A stretch of DNA of 63,493 nucleotides, counting the filler. It is 3 parts of 3 records of this genome, joined end to end, with 100 filler letters (N's around TTAATTAATTAA, not from the genome) between each part and the next. Parts side by side here need not be neighbours in the genome. Positions count along the whole stretch, not along the records: positions 15,822 to 33,229 come from SRR31156797_4475; 2 more parts are not named here. One strand, given 5' to 3'. The notes beneath the pieces were generated by a model that was given only the letters and a program-made list of their open reading frames with translations, was not told the DNA's origin and ran no database searches. This document shows, piece after piece, positions 16,501 through 25,995 of the stretch (positions within the stretch are counted from its first letter, which is position 1; each line of letters starts with the position of its first letter). The translations under genes were made by a program, and so were the position numbers.

Positions 16501-18507
16501 TTATAAAGTGAGTCCAATAACTGTGATATCATCGTTTCTATCATTTTGTGGGATCATCTCCTCATACTCAGCATGTTCATATATAAACATCTCTTGTTGT
16601 TCAGCCATTGGCTCAGCGCCATAGTTCTCTATCAACTGTAATAATCGTCGCTTTCCAAAAGGGAAACCTTTCTCCCCACCATTTTGATCTATAAACCAAT
16701 CAGTTGTCAAATAAAACTTCATCCCCTCTTCCACTTTGATCACTGTTTCATCATACTTGTAATTAGATGGACATTTTTTATATCCTACAGATTGTCGTGT
16801 TCCTTTAACTGTAATGATCTCACCATCATTTGTTCTATAAAAAAGTGGAGACTCTGCTCCACTATATTTAATGATCTTTTCCTCTTTATTGTAGTATAAA
16901 ATAATACCATCTAACCCTACATTTGAGATACTTGTATCTTCATCTTGTTTCAAAAGTTTTTTGATATTTCTATTAAAATATCCCATAATTTCTGAAGTAC
17001 TGATCACCATATCAGGGTTATTATAAATATCTGAGATAAGTTGTGCTTCGATCGCTTTTACAAGCATTGTAATAAATGCTCCAGGTACTCCATGGCCAGT
17101 ACAGTCAATACACATAAGCAGACATTCTTTTTTATCTCTAAGCTCACTAAAAAGATACACATCTCCACCTACAATATCTTTTGGATGCCAGATCACAAAG
17201 TAGTCTTGAAAATATTTTCTAAACACTTTATTTTCAGGAACTAAAGAGCTTTGAATAATTGCAGCATATTCAATAGAATCTTTGGTATGTTTATGCATTC
17301 TTCTAATCTCTTGCTCCATATCTTTTTGTTTTGTAATATCTGCTACCATACAAATATAACACTCTTGATCATAATAAAATGTTGGGATCAAAGAAAGAAG
17401 AGCTTTAAATACTTTTCCATGGAAAGTTATAAACTCATCCTCTATATTTTCAACCATATCGAAGCTATTGATCTTTTCAAATATAGACTCAGAACTACTC
17501 AGCATGTAAATATCATCAACACTCTTTCCAATAATATCATTTGTAGATACACTGTATTGACGTTCTGCATATCTATTGGCATATATGATTTTTTTATCCT
17601 CTTTTGAGATCACTAAAATAGGTAAGAGAATATTAGAAAGAATATTTTCAACCTCTTTTTTTGTCTTTTCTAACTCTTTTGTTCTTTGTTCCACTTTTAA
17701 CTCTAAAGAGTTATTTAATATCTCAATCTCTTTTCTTAAGCCTATATCCTCTCTTATAGAGACATACCCTATTTTATTTCCTTTATAATCATAATCTGGC
17801 TTAATAGTTGATTCTACCCAATATGAGTGACCCTCTTTATGAAGATTTTTTATCTCTCCTACCCATGTTTTATTACTCTCTATCTGTTCCCACATATATT
17901 TAAAAACTTCAGTTGGCATATCTGGATGACGAACAATTTTATGTGGCTGCCCTATTAACTCCTCTTTTGAAAAACCACTAATTTTACAAAAAGCTGAGCT
18001 TGTATAGGTAATAATACCCTCTAGGTCTGTTTTTGAAACGATTACATTTTTATCAAGAGTATTTAATAAAGACTCTTTATTAAACTCATTGATCTTTTTT
18101 TCTGTTATGTTTTTGACAAGCTTTTGCATACTCTCAAAAAGCTTCTCTTTATTTAAAGGCTTGATAATATAATCAGAAATCCCAATAGTATAACTTTGTA
18201 AAAGACTCTCCTCTTTTGAATGTCCAGTTAAAAGGATGATAGGCATTTGAAAATCATCCTCTTTGATCTTGTTTGCAAGCTCCAAACCATTCATCTTTGG
18301 CATCTCTATATCAGTGATTACTAGATCTATAGATTCTTTATCTCCTATAAACACTTCTAATGCTTCTACTCCATCATTGGCTGTATACACAGTATGAAAA
18401 TACTTTTTCAATAAGAGTTCTGTTGCTAAAAGATTGACTTTATTATCATCAACTAAAAGGAGATTTATATCTTTAAGCTCATTAATTAAAATATTTGAAT
18501 CTACCAT
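16501..18507 (-). CDS. REC-PAS-PAS-SpoIIE (PP2C) phosphatase, SiaA-like catalytic domain
   Basis: Intact REC domain (VDD, TDIEMP, IKP), PAS (RHPDMP), and PP2C motifs PKDIVGGD, DCTGHGVPGA, GLDG, TTDWFIDQ and RNDDITVIG. Confidence 0.9.
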   Translation of the reverse strand: MVDSNILINELKDINLLLVDDNKVNLLATELLLKKYFHTVYTANDGVEALEVFIGDKESIDLVITDIEMPKMNGLELANKIKEDDFQMPIILLTGHSKEESLLQSYTIGISDYIIKPLNKEKLFESMQKLVKNITEKKINEFNKESLLNTLDKNVIVSKTDLEGIITYTSSAFCKISGFSKEELIGQPHKIVRHPDMPTEVFKYMWEQIESNKTWVGEIKNLHKEGHSYWVESTIKPDYDYKGNKIGYVSIREDIGLRKEIEILNNSLELKVEQRTKELEKTKKEVENILSNILLPILVISKEDKKIIYANRYAERQYSVSTNDIIGKSVDDIYMLSSSESIFEKINSFDMVENIEDEFITFHGKVFKALLSLIPTFYYDQECYICMVADITKQKDMEQEIRRMHKHTKDSIEYAAIIQSSLVPENKVFRKYFQDYFVIWHPKDIVGGDVYLFSELRDKKECLLMCIDCTGHGVPGAFITMLVKAIEAQLISDIYNNPDMVISTSEIMGYFNRNIKKLLKQDEDTSISNVGLDGIILYYNKEEKIIKYSGAESPLFYRTNDGEIITVKGTRQSVGYKKCPSNYKYDETVIKVEEGMKFYLTTDWFIDQNGGEKGFPFGKRRLLQLIENYGAEPMAEQQEMFIYEHAEYEEMIPQNDRNDDITVIGLTL

Positions 18508-18517
18508 CTCACCTTAC

Positions 18518-19531
18518 CTATGTAATACTATTGATGATCTTGGCCACATCATTTAAAGCCACCTGCTTTTCAACTGCACCGATCTCATAAGCCACTTTTG
18601 GCATACCATACACAACAGATGTTGCTTCATCTTGTCCATAGGTCATACCACCTGAGTCTTTTATCTTTTTTAAACCATTTGCACCATCTTTTCCCATTCC
18701 TGTTAAGATAAACGCTATAGTATTAACTTTTACTTCTTTAGAAAAAGAGGTAAAAAGTACATCTACACTTGGTTTATGATTGGAAACTTTTGGATAGTTT
18801 TTTAAAACCACTTCATATTTATCTATTCCAATATTTTTAATCTCCATATGTAGATCCCCTGGAGCAATTAATATCTTTCCAGAACAGATCTCTTCCCCAT
18901 CTTCAGCTTCTTTTACATAAGAGTTTTTACAGTTTTTATTTAATCTATTGGCAAAAGAGTGGGTAAATCCTGCTGGCATATGCTGTGTGATCAGTATTGG
19001 AGCATGATTTGGCTGTAAATTTTCCAAAATAGTCTCTAATACTTTGACTCCTCCTGTACTTGAACCGATCGCTACTACTTTATTAGTATCAGCAAGAGGG
19101 GTATTATTGTGAATAATTTTATGATCTTCTAAAATTACTTTTGAATTATATGCAGCTTTTATTTTTGATATAAACTCATTGAACATATCTGTATCTATTG
19201 ATCCTATTTTTGGTTTTTGAATAATATCTATGGCTCCAAGTTCAAGTGCTTCAAGTGCTTTAGAAGAGCCTTTTTCTGCAATGGAAGAGCAGATTATAGT
19301 TGGGATTGGTCTTTCGTTTTTTAATTTTTCTAAAAACTCGATCCCATTCATTTTAGGCATCTCAATATCAAGTAAAAATACATCAGGTAAGCCAATCTTT
19401 GTAAACTCTTTAAAAGCATCTACAGGATTTGGAGCTTCCCCTATTACTTCTATCTCATTTGAACCTTTTAGCACTTTTTTAATACTGTTTCTTACAAGCA
19501 TTGAATCATCAATAATAAATACTTTAATCAT
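18518..19531 (-). CDS. cheB: Chemotaxis methylesterase CheB (REC + methylesterase)
   Basis: Motifs GSSTGG, QHMP, HKPSVD, LTGMGKDG and VYGMP. Confidence 0.96.
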   Translation of the reverse strand: MIKVFIIDDSMLVRNSIKKVLKGSNEIEVIGEAPNPVDAFKEFTKIGLPDVFLLDIEMPKMNGIEFLEKLKNERPIPTIICSSIAEKGSSKALEALELGAIDIIQKPKIGSIDTDMFNEFISKIKAAYNSKVILEDHKIIHNNTPLADTNKVVAIGSSTGGVKVLETILENLQPNHAPILITQHMPAGFTHSFANRLNKNCKNSYVKEAEDGEEICSGKILIAPGDLHMEIKNIGIDKYEVVLKNYPKVSNHKPSVDVLFTSFSKEVKVNTIAFILTGMGKDGANGLKKIKDSGGMTYGQDEATSVVYGMPKVAYEIGAVEKQVALNDVAKIINSIT

Positions 19532-20409
19532 TAAAAAAACTCCAAATTATCATCATCTTCATTGGCATCAAGTCCATAAAGTTTTGCCTCAAAAAATTCT
19601 ATATTATTTAAAAGGGAATCTTCAAATATTTTTACATCTTTAAAAACTTTATAGATAAAAAGCTCATCTATATAAATAGTGATATCATTTAGTATATCAA
19701 TTAAATAATCAAAAGAAGATAATTGCTGTGGCTGTAACTCTTCAAGCTCTATACTTTGTATAAACTGCCCCAATTGTACAAAAACATCTGTAACACTTTG
19801 AAGCTTTTCATTCTCTTTAAATATCTCACTAAGACTTATCAAGTTTTTAGTGATATCAGATAAAAGTTCTGATGAGAGTTCAAAGTTGTTTAACCTTGTA
19901 ATATATTCATTTAAATCCTCATTTAAAAACATAATACTTCCAGTATTTCGCTCTAAAAACTCTGTAAGATCAACGGAATCCTCCACATGATATTTTTTTG
20001 CTAGTTTTTGTTTTGTTTTTACTACAGATTCCATCTCTTTTGAAGCTAATAAAATATATACCCTTTGTAAAAACTCTTCAGAAGAGATAGTATCAATTAA
20101 TGTAAAACAGAACTTATTTAAAAAGCTATCAATATTTGAAGATAGTTCACTTTTAAGGATTACTATAGACTCAAAAGGAATATAATCTATATCTTTTATA
20201 TCATTTGGAACAAATATCACAAGATCATATTCACTCAAAAAAGTTTGATTGAGAATATCTTTTGTCTCTTCATTAAAGCTGTATTTTTGCACCCCATGAA
20301 AAGCTTTTTGCATCACTTCATATAATGGCTCTTCTAAGTCCCCTATCACCAAAGCTTTGCAGTTTTCATTTAATAGTTTTATTTTATTTATCATTGGATT
20401 TGTATTCAT
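19531..20409 (-). CDS. Uncharacterised acidic protein inside the che operon
   Basis: Coupled to both neighbours. Possible degenerate REC-like N-terminal region, helical C-terminal region, and the tail EDDDNLEFF. Start taken at ATG 20409. Confidence 0.7.
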   Translation of the reverse strand: MNTNPMINKIKLLNENCKALVIGDLEEPLYEVMQKAFHGVQKYSFNEETKDILNQTFLSEYDLVIFVPNDIKDIDYIPFESIVILKSELSSNIDSFLNKFCFTLIDTISSEEFLQRVYILLASKEMESVVKTKQKLAKKYHVEDSVDLTEFLERNTGSIMFLNEDLNEYITRLNNFELSSELLSDITKNLISLSEIFKENEKLQSVTDVFVQLGQFIQSIELEELQPQQLSSFDYLIDILNDITIYIDELFIYKVFKDVKIFEDSLLNNIEFFEAKLYGLDANEDDDNLEFF

Positions 20410-20411
20410 AC

Positions 20412-21218
20412 TTACTCTTTTATCATGGAATCTAATTTTAAAAATATCGGCTCTAACGTGCTCTCGTAATATTTTTTGCACTGTTGATATACATAGTGTT
20501 TAAAGCCTAAAAGCTTTTTCTTTCTCTCTTCATTTGCTGTTTTAAATTCAGCTACAAAATCTCTTTGCTGCACTGCTATTTCAAATATGCTCAATCCAAA
20601 ACGTCTGCTAAATTTTATCATATCACTATTTTCTACTACTATATAGTTCTCTTTTTCATTCTCTTCTATATTATTGATAATTGCAGTAGAATCATCAAAA
20701 ATACCTCGTACATCTCCAAAATAGTTTTCAAACTGATACTCTAGATATTTTGGATTATTCGCTCGATTGAGTGCAAAAACTATTGGTATCTCATGATCTA
20801 TCTTTTTAAGATCTGTATAAACATTTAGAGCATTGATAGCATCTTGTTCCCCATCAAGTAAAGGGATAATTACAAGATCTATCATCGATGCCATTCCACT
20901 GCCACTTATTGCATCTAAGCACATAGATGTGGATTTGTTTCCACCCACATCAATACATACAGACTCTTCACTTGAGAGTATCTCTATAAACTTATCCATC
21001 AAGATAAACTCTTCCACATCTATCTGCTCTCTATTGGTAAGCTCACTTCCCCCATAACTTAAAATATCAAGATTCTCATCATCAAACTCATAAAAACTGA
21101 TCTTTTGCTTTTGATTTTTCAAATAAAGATATGGAGCAATCACTTGCATCGATACAGTACTTTTTCCAACTCCACCTTTACTTGATATCACCATCACTTT
21201 AAGAGATCTATTTTCCAT
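20412..21218 (-). CDS. ParA/MinD-family ATPase
   Basis: Deviant Walker A KGGVGKST, Walker B-like IDVGG, and LNR. Confidence 0.8.
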   Translation of the reverse strand: MENRSLKVMVISSKGGVGKSTVSMQVIAPYLYLKNQKQKISFYEFDDENLDILSYGGSELTNREQIDVEEFILMDKFIEILSSEESVCIDVGGNKSTSMCLDAISGSGMASMIDLVIIPLLDGEQDAINALNVYTDLKKIDHEIPIVFALNRANNPKYLEYQFENYFGDVRGIFDDSTAIINNIEENEKENYIVVENSDMIKFSRRFGLSIFEIAVQQRDFVAEFKTANEERKKKLLGFKHYVYQQCKKYYESTLEPIFLKLDSMIKE

Positions 21219-22018
21219 TATGCCACCTTTTGATAGATTGAAGTTTGTACTTTTTGTAAATTCTCTATTTGTAAACTATGAATATTTTCAGTCAACGAGA
21301 TATGAAAGTATCCTCCAGTTTTGAGATTATTCAATACATTCTGAATAATCTTCACCTTTGTTTCATCATCAAAATATATAAGAACATTCCTTAAAAAGAT
21401 CACATCAAACATCCCAAGATCTTTTTGAGGCTCTAAAAGGTTTTTTACTAAAAAACGAATATTTTTCACTAAAGCCCTATCTACTAAAAACCACCCCTCG
21501 TGAGCCCCTTTACCTTTTAGGCAATATTTTTTGACAAACTCTTGTGGTATCTTATCCATCCATTTGATAGGAAATAGTCCAATATTTGCTTTTTTAATCA
21601 CTTCACTATTAATATCTGAGCCTATAATCTCAAATTTTGATACTTTATCAGCACTTAGCATCGCTAAAGTATATGCTTCAGCTCCTACTGAGCTTGCTGC
21701 GCTCCAGATACGGATAGTCTCCGCTTCAAACTTTGGTAAGATATCATTCGCAAAAAAATTAAAATGCTCAATTTCTCTAAAAAAATAGGTCTCATTGGTA
21801 GTGATAAGATTGAGCATTGTAGTTTTTTCTGCACTATTGATCTGAACAAATCTATAATAATCAGAATAAGTATAAAGCTCTAATTCTAAAAGTCTTTTAA
21901 TCAATCTATTTTTGACTAAAAACTTTTTTGAATTTGATAAAGAGATCCCTATCTCTTTATAGATTAACTGAGAAAAGAGTTCAAACTCTTTTTGTGTAAT
22001 ATCCTCTATTTTTTGCAT
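21218..22018 (-). CDS. cheR: Chemotaxis methyltransferase CheR
   Basis: Motifs TTNETYFFRE, IWSAASSVGAEAY, SDIN and RNVLIYF. Confidence 0.96.
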   Translation of the reverse strand: MQKIEDITQKEFELFSQLIYKEIGISLSNSKKFLVKNRLIKRLLELELYTYSDYYRFVQINSAEKTTMLNLITTNETYFFREIEHFNFFANDILPKFEAETIRIWSAASSVGAEAYTLAMLSADKVSKFEIIGSDINSEVIKKANIGLFPIKWMDKIPQEFVKKYCLKGKGAHEGWFLVDRALVKNIRFLVKNLLEPQKDLGMFDVIFLRNVLIYFDDETKVKIIQNVLNNLKTGGYFHISLTENIHSLQIENLQKVQTSIYQKVA

Positions 22019-22956
22019 TAATGAAAATATTCTTTAATAGCTTCTGAGAGCTTTGGCATATTTATTTTTGCAATTACATCATTTGCACCGATACTATTTA
22101 ATGAAGTCTCCATAATATCATTGCTCATATTAGTATGTACAATCACATTGATATCATTAAAAGCTGTATTCTCTCTTATTTTTTTGATCACACTATACCC
22201 ATCCATCACAGGCATCTCTAGATCAGTAATAATAAGACCTATAGTATTTGGATCACTATTTTCTAACACTTCTATAAGTTCCAAACCATTTTCAAAGATC
22301 TGATACTTTAACTCTAAACTATCAAAAAGACCTTTTACCATCTTTCGAATAAACCTACTATCATCGGCAAAAAATACCTGTTTTTCATGGTAAAGAGTAT
22401 CATGCAGTATCTTCTCATCAACTATTGTAGTCTTCGTTTGCTCCTCAAAAATATCAAGTAGCATCTTATCACTATCAAAAATCGTACACAATCTATCTTG
22501 TCCATTGAGTTTGATTTTGGCTATAAAATTTGTTTTAGGATTATTCAAAGAGTTATCTTGCATATTTTGAGGATTAATATTGACTATATATTCAACATTT
22601 TTTACCATAATCCCTAAATGATGTCCACCAAAGCCAGTTAAGATCACCAACTCATACTGAGAATCTTCTAACACAACATTGCCAAACCATTCATCAAAGT
22701 TTATAATCGTGGTCATATTATCTCTAATATCTGCGGTTGATCGTATCAAGCTCTCTTTTTGGGTGTTTTTTACTTGATTTAAATCTTTAAAGACCATTAG
22801 CTCTTTGATCTTTGAAACATTGATCCCAAACACCTCATCATCTGAGCCTACAAAAACCAAATACTGATTAGAACTTTTTGTATCAGAAGAGACTAGCTCT
22901 AAAAGATCCATCTCATCTGAATCTAATAAATCATCATATTCATCATACTCGTACAT
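22018..22956 (-). CDS. cheV: CheV (CheW-REC)
   Basis: N-terminal CheW domain (FGINVSKIKE) and C-terminal REC domain (ADDSRF, TDLEMP). Confidence 0.92.
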   Translation of the reverse strand: MYEYDEYDDLLDSDEMDLLELVSSDTKSSNQYLVFVGSDDEVFGINVSKIKELMVFKDLNQVKNTQKESLIRSTADIRDNMTTIINFDEWFGNVVLEDSQYELVILTGFGGHHLGIMVKNVEYIVNINPQNMQDNSLNNPKTNFIAKIKLNGQDRLCTIFDSDKMLLDIFEEQTKTTIVDEKILHDTLYHEKQVFFADDSRFIRKMVKGLFDSLELKYQIFENGLELIEVLENSDPNTIGLIITDLEMPVMDGYSVIKKIRENTAFNDINVIVHTNMSNDIMETSLNSIGANDVIAKINMPKLSEAIKEYFH

Positions 22957-22965
22957 TTTTGACCT

Positions 22966-23439
22966 TTATAAAACTTTTGATAGTTCTTTGATATTAAGTA
23001 GTGTATCAATATCTAATACATTGATATAATCATCATTAAAATGGATCACATTTTTAATAAAAAGCTTATCGATCTTTGTACCAAACTCTGGAGTTTGTAA
23101 AATATCTGTTTCATTTACATACTCCACCTCATTAACCAAATCAACCATAAAAGCAACCTGAATAGTTTTTGTACTATCTTTGAGGCTTGGAATATTTACA
23201 ATAACAAAAGATCGTCTCTTTGTATCTTGCAATGGCTCTTGTTTAAATACAATGCTTGGATCAACTACAGCGATAATATCCCCTCGAATATTTACTACCC
23301 CCAAAATAGCTTTATTACTTTTTGGCACCCTTGTAATGGGTGTAAAATCAACTATCTCATCAACGATCTGTGCTTCTATAGCATAGGGTTCATTATCTAT
23401 TATAAAGAATAGATATTGTGTCATTTTAGAATCTTTCAA
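22966..23439 (-). CDS. cheW: CheW
   Basis: Motifs [24 protein letters not shown] and VDLVNEV. Confidence 0.94.
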   Translation of the reverse strand: MKDSKMTQYLFFIIDNEPYAIEAQIVDEIVDFTPITRVPKSNKAILGVVNIRGDIIAVVDPSIVFKQEPLQDTKRRSFVIVNIPSLKDSTKTIQVAFMVDLVNEVEYVNETDILQTPEFGTKIDKLFIKNVIHFNDDYINVLDIDTLLNIKELSKVL

Positions 23440-25135
23440 AATTTCTTAAATCCAAGTGTTCATCAACTTTATTCTCTTTTTGTGCTGTTGATTGTTCTAT
23501 CTTTTTAGTTTCTTGTTTTAAAACTGGAGCTATCTCTTTTAAAGAAAGTTCTTGTGTTACTTCATTGGAATTTGATGTGCTATAGTATCCCATCATCTGA
23601 TTCATATCATTTGCTTGTGCATCAAGCTCTTCAGCAGCTGAAGAAAGCTCATTTGATGTAGAAACATTAACTTGTGTGATTCTATCTAGTTCACTCATTG
23701 CCGTATTAATTTGGCTGATCCCTATATCTTGCTCTTTTGTAGCTTGTGAGATATCACTTACAAGTTTAGCTGTTTCATCAATCTTTGGAAGCATATTTTT
23801 AATAAGATCCCCTGCATCTTTTGAGATCCCAACGCTCTCTTTTGTGATCTTACTTATCTCTTCTGCTGCTATTTGAGATCTTTTGGCAAGCTTTCTTACC
23901 TCAGTTGCAACTACAGCAAACCCTTTTCCATGCTCCCCAGCTCTTGCTGCTTCAATAGCCGCATTAAGTGCTAAAAGATTGGTTTGATATACGATATCTT
24001 CAATGATTTGAATCTTTTCAGAGATATTTTGCATCGCATCAACTGTTTGAGCTACTGCTTCTCCACCCTTTATTGCCATAGAGGAAGCTTCATTTGCTAC
24101 ACTATTAGTTCTATTGGCATTTTTTGCAGTATCTGAAATACTTCCACTGATCTCCTCAACTGAAGCAGTGGTCTCTTCAAGTGAACTTGCTTGTTGTTCT
24201 GCGCCAGCTGCAATTGATTGAGCTGAACTATTTACATTATTTGCTGCTTGTAAGATCTCATTTGAAGCAGATGAAACTTTCTCAACAATCTCCTCTACAC
24301 TTGATGAAAAGCTATTGATTCCTGAAGCAACTGCAACATATCCACCTTTATAAAATGAGGTATCTATTTTTAGATCAAGCTGACCATTTGATGCTGCTTC
24401 ATTGATATTTGCAATATCTTGGATAAAACGTGTCATAATATCTGCTGTATCATTTACCGCTTGCTTTGCAATGTCAAAATCTCCATAATACTCTTTTTCA
24501 ATTCTTGTATCAAAATCCCCTCTTTGTAAAGCTTTTAATCCAACAATCGCATCGGTAAAAGCATCTTTTGCAAGAGTTGCAAACTGATTTAAAGCTTTAG
24601 CAATAGATTCAAAATCACCCTCATATTTTTCTGCATCAACTTGGATATTTAACTGGCCTCTTAAAGCTGCTCTATTCATAATATAACTATCATTTTGAAG
24701 ATTTAATAAAGTATCTCCTAGACTGTTTAAAGCCTTTTTAATGATCCCAAACTCTCCACTATAGTTATTTAATGCTCGAGACTGAAAGTTTCCTTTTGAA
24801 AGTCCTAAGATCGCATTGTTAAAATCTCTTATAATCCCTACAGGAATATCTATAGCTGAGTTTAAAGACTCTATCATATCTTCATACTCATTTTCATATC
24901 CCTTTGATGAGACCCTAAAATCTAGCTCACCATCTTTTAAAGAGCTTAGCATATGTTTTGAGTTTTGACTTACATACGATAGTTTGTGTGCAATATTTAA
25001 GATCTTTTCATTTATTACTCTTGTATTCTCATCTTCAGCTTCTAACTCAATATCAAAATTTCCATTTTCTATTTGTGTAAGTGCATCGAGTATATTTTTA
25101 TAATCCTCTTTACTGATCTTTACTTTTTTTCCCAT
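23426..25135 (-). CDS. Cytoplasmic poly-HAMP methyl-accepting chemotaxis protein with C-terminal pentapeptide
   Basis: No TM segment, repeated HAMP-like units, signalling hairpin [27 protein letters not shown], and the C-terminus NFERF. Confidence 0.93.
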   Translation of the reverse strand: MGKKVKISKEDYKNILDALTQIENGNFDIELEAEDENTRVINEKILNIAHKLSYVSQNSKHMLSSLKDGELDFRVSSKGYENEYEDMIESLNSAIDIPVGIIRDFNNAILGLSKGNFQSRALNNYSGEFGIIKKALNSLGDTLLNLQNDSYIMNRAALRGQLNIQVDAEKYEGDFESIAKALNQFATLAKDAFTDAIVGLKALQRGDFDTRIEKEYYGDFDIAKQAVNDTADIMTRFIQDIANINEAASNGQLDLKIDTSFYKGGYVAVASGINSFSSSVEEIVEKVSSASNEILQAANNVNSSAQSIAAGAEQQASSLEETTASVEEISGSISDTAKNANRTNSVANEASSMAIKGGEAVAQTVDAMQNISEKIQIIEDIVYQTNLLALNAAIEAARAGEHGKGFAVVATEVRKLAKRSQIAAEEISKITKESVGISKDAGDLIKNMLPKIDETAKLVSDISQATKEQDIGISQINTAMSELDRITQVNVSTSNELSSAAEELDAQANDMNQMMGYYSTSNSNEVTQELSLKEIAPVLKQETKKIEQSTAQKENKVDEHLDLRNFERF

Positions 25136-25148
25136 CTCTTACCCCTTA

Positions 25149-25994
25149 CTACTTATAATTATCTATAAGATCACTCATCACATTAAAAAGTGAATCGATA
25201 TCTTGATGTACATTTTGTATGATATATTCTTGGTTTGCCCTCTCAGCATCCACATATTGCTGCATCTTATCATGAACCCCGTTATGTAACTTTTTAATTT
25301 GAGAGAATCTTTCATCTTTTGCAAATGATTCATGTTCTAAAGCTGTAAGATGTTTTCCAAAAGCACAACACGTTGGTTTTGTTACTTCTATATTCTGCTC
25401 ATTTTGTGCTACTTGACTTTCAATTGCACTTCTAAATAATACATGATCCATTTTAAACTGAGTAACATCAATACCAAGCAATCCTTTATTGACTACCTGC
25501 TTATCATTATCAAGTCTATAGATAAACTCATCATAACTAAGATTTCTCTCTTCTAAAAACTTTTGAAAATACTCATACCCTTTTTCAATTCCACCAAGTC
25601 TCTCTTGCTCTTGTATCAAAGCATATACTTGGGAGATCTGCTCAATTGAAAACTCAGAAGCCTTTGTTCTATAAGAATTAAACTGGACAATTTGATCATT
25701 TTTAATAATTGGAACAAGTACAGATTTTACCCAATAGTATTTCTCTTTATCCTTTGTATAGTTTTTAATATATGCTAATACTGTTTTTTTATTATGAAGA
25801 TTTTCCCATAAATATTTAAAGATCGTCTTTGGCATATCTGGATGTCTGATGAGATTATGGTTTCTCCCACACAATTCACCTTTTTCATATTCACTCACCT
25901 CAATAAACTCTTTATTGATATATGTAATGATCCCTTTTGGATCGGTTGTACTTACAATCAGTGCATTATCTTCTAAATACTTTTCATTTTCCAT
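25149..25994 (-). CDS. Stand-alone PAS (Aer/CetB-type) + CZB zinc-binding sensor
   Basis: PAS domain: STTDPKGIITY..HNLIRHPDMP..W..KN..YYWV. CZB domain: DHVLF..CAFGK..LHNGVH (3 His plus Cys). Confidence 0.85.
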   Translation of the reverse strand: MENEKYLEDNALIVSTTDPKGIITYINKEFIEVSEYEKGELCGRNHNLIRHPDMPKTIFKYLWENLHNKKTVLAYIKNYTKDKEKYYWVKSVLVPIIKNDQIVQFNSYRTKASEFSIEQISQVYALIQEQERLGGIEKGYEYFQKFLEERNLSYDEFIYRLDNDKQVVNKGLLGIDVTQFKMDHVLFRSAIESQVAQNEQNIEVTKPTCCAFGKHLTALEHESFAKDERFSQIKKLHNGVHDKMQQYVDAERANQEYIIQNVHQDIDSLFNVMSDLIDNYK

Positions 25995-25995
25995 T

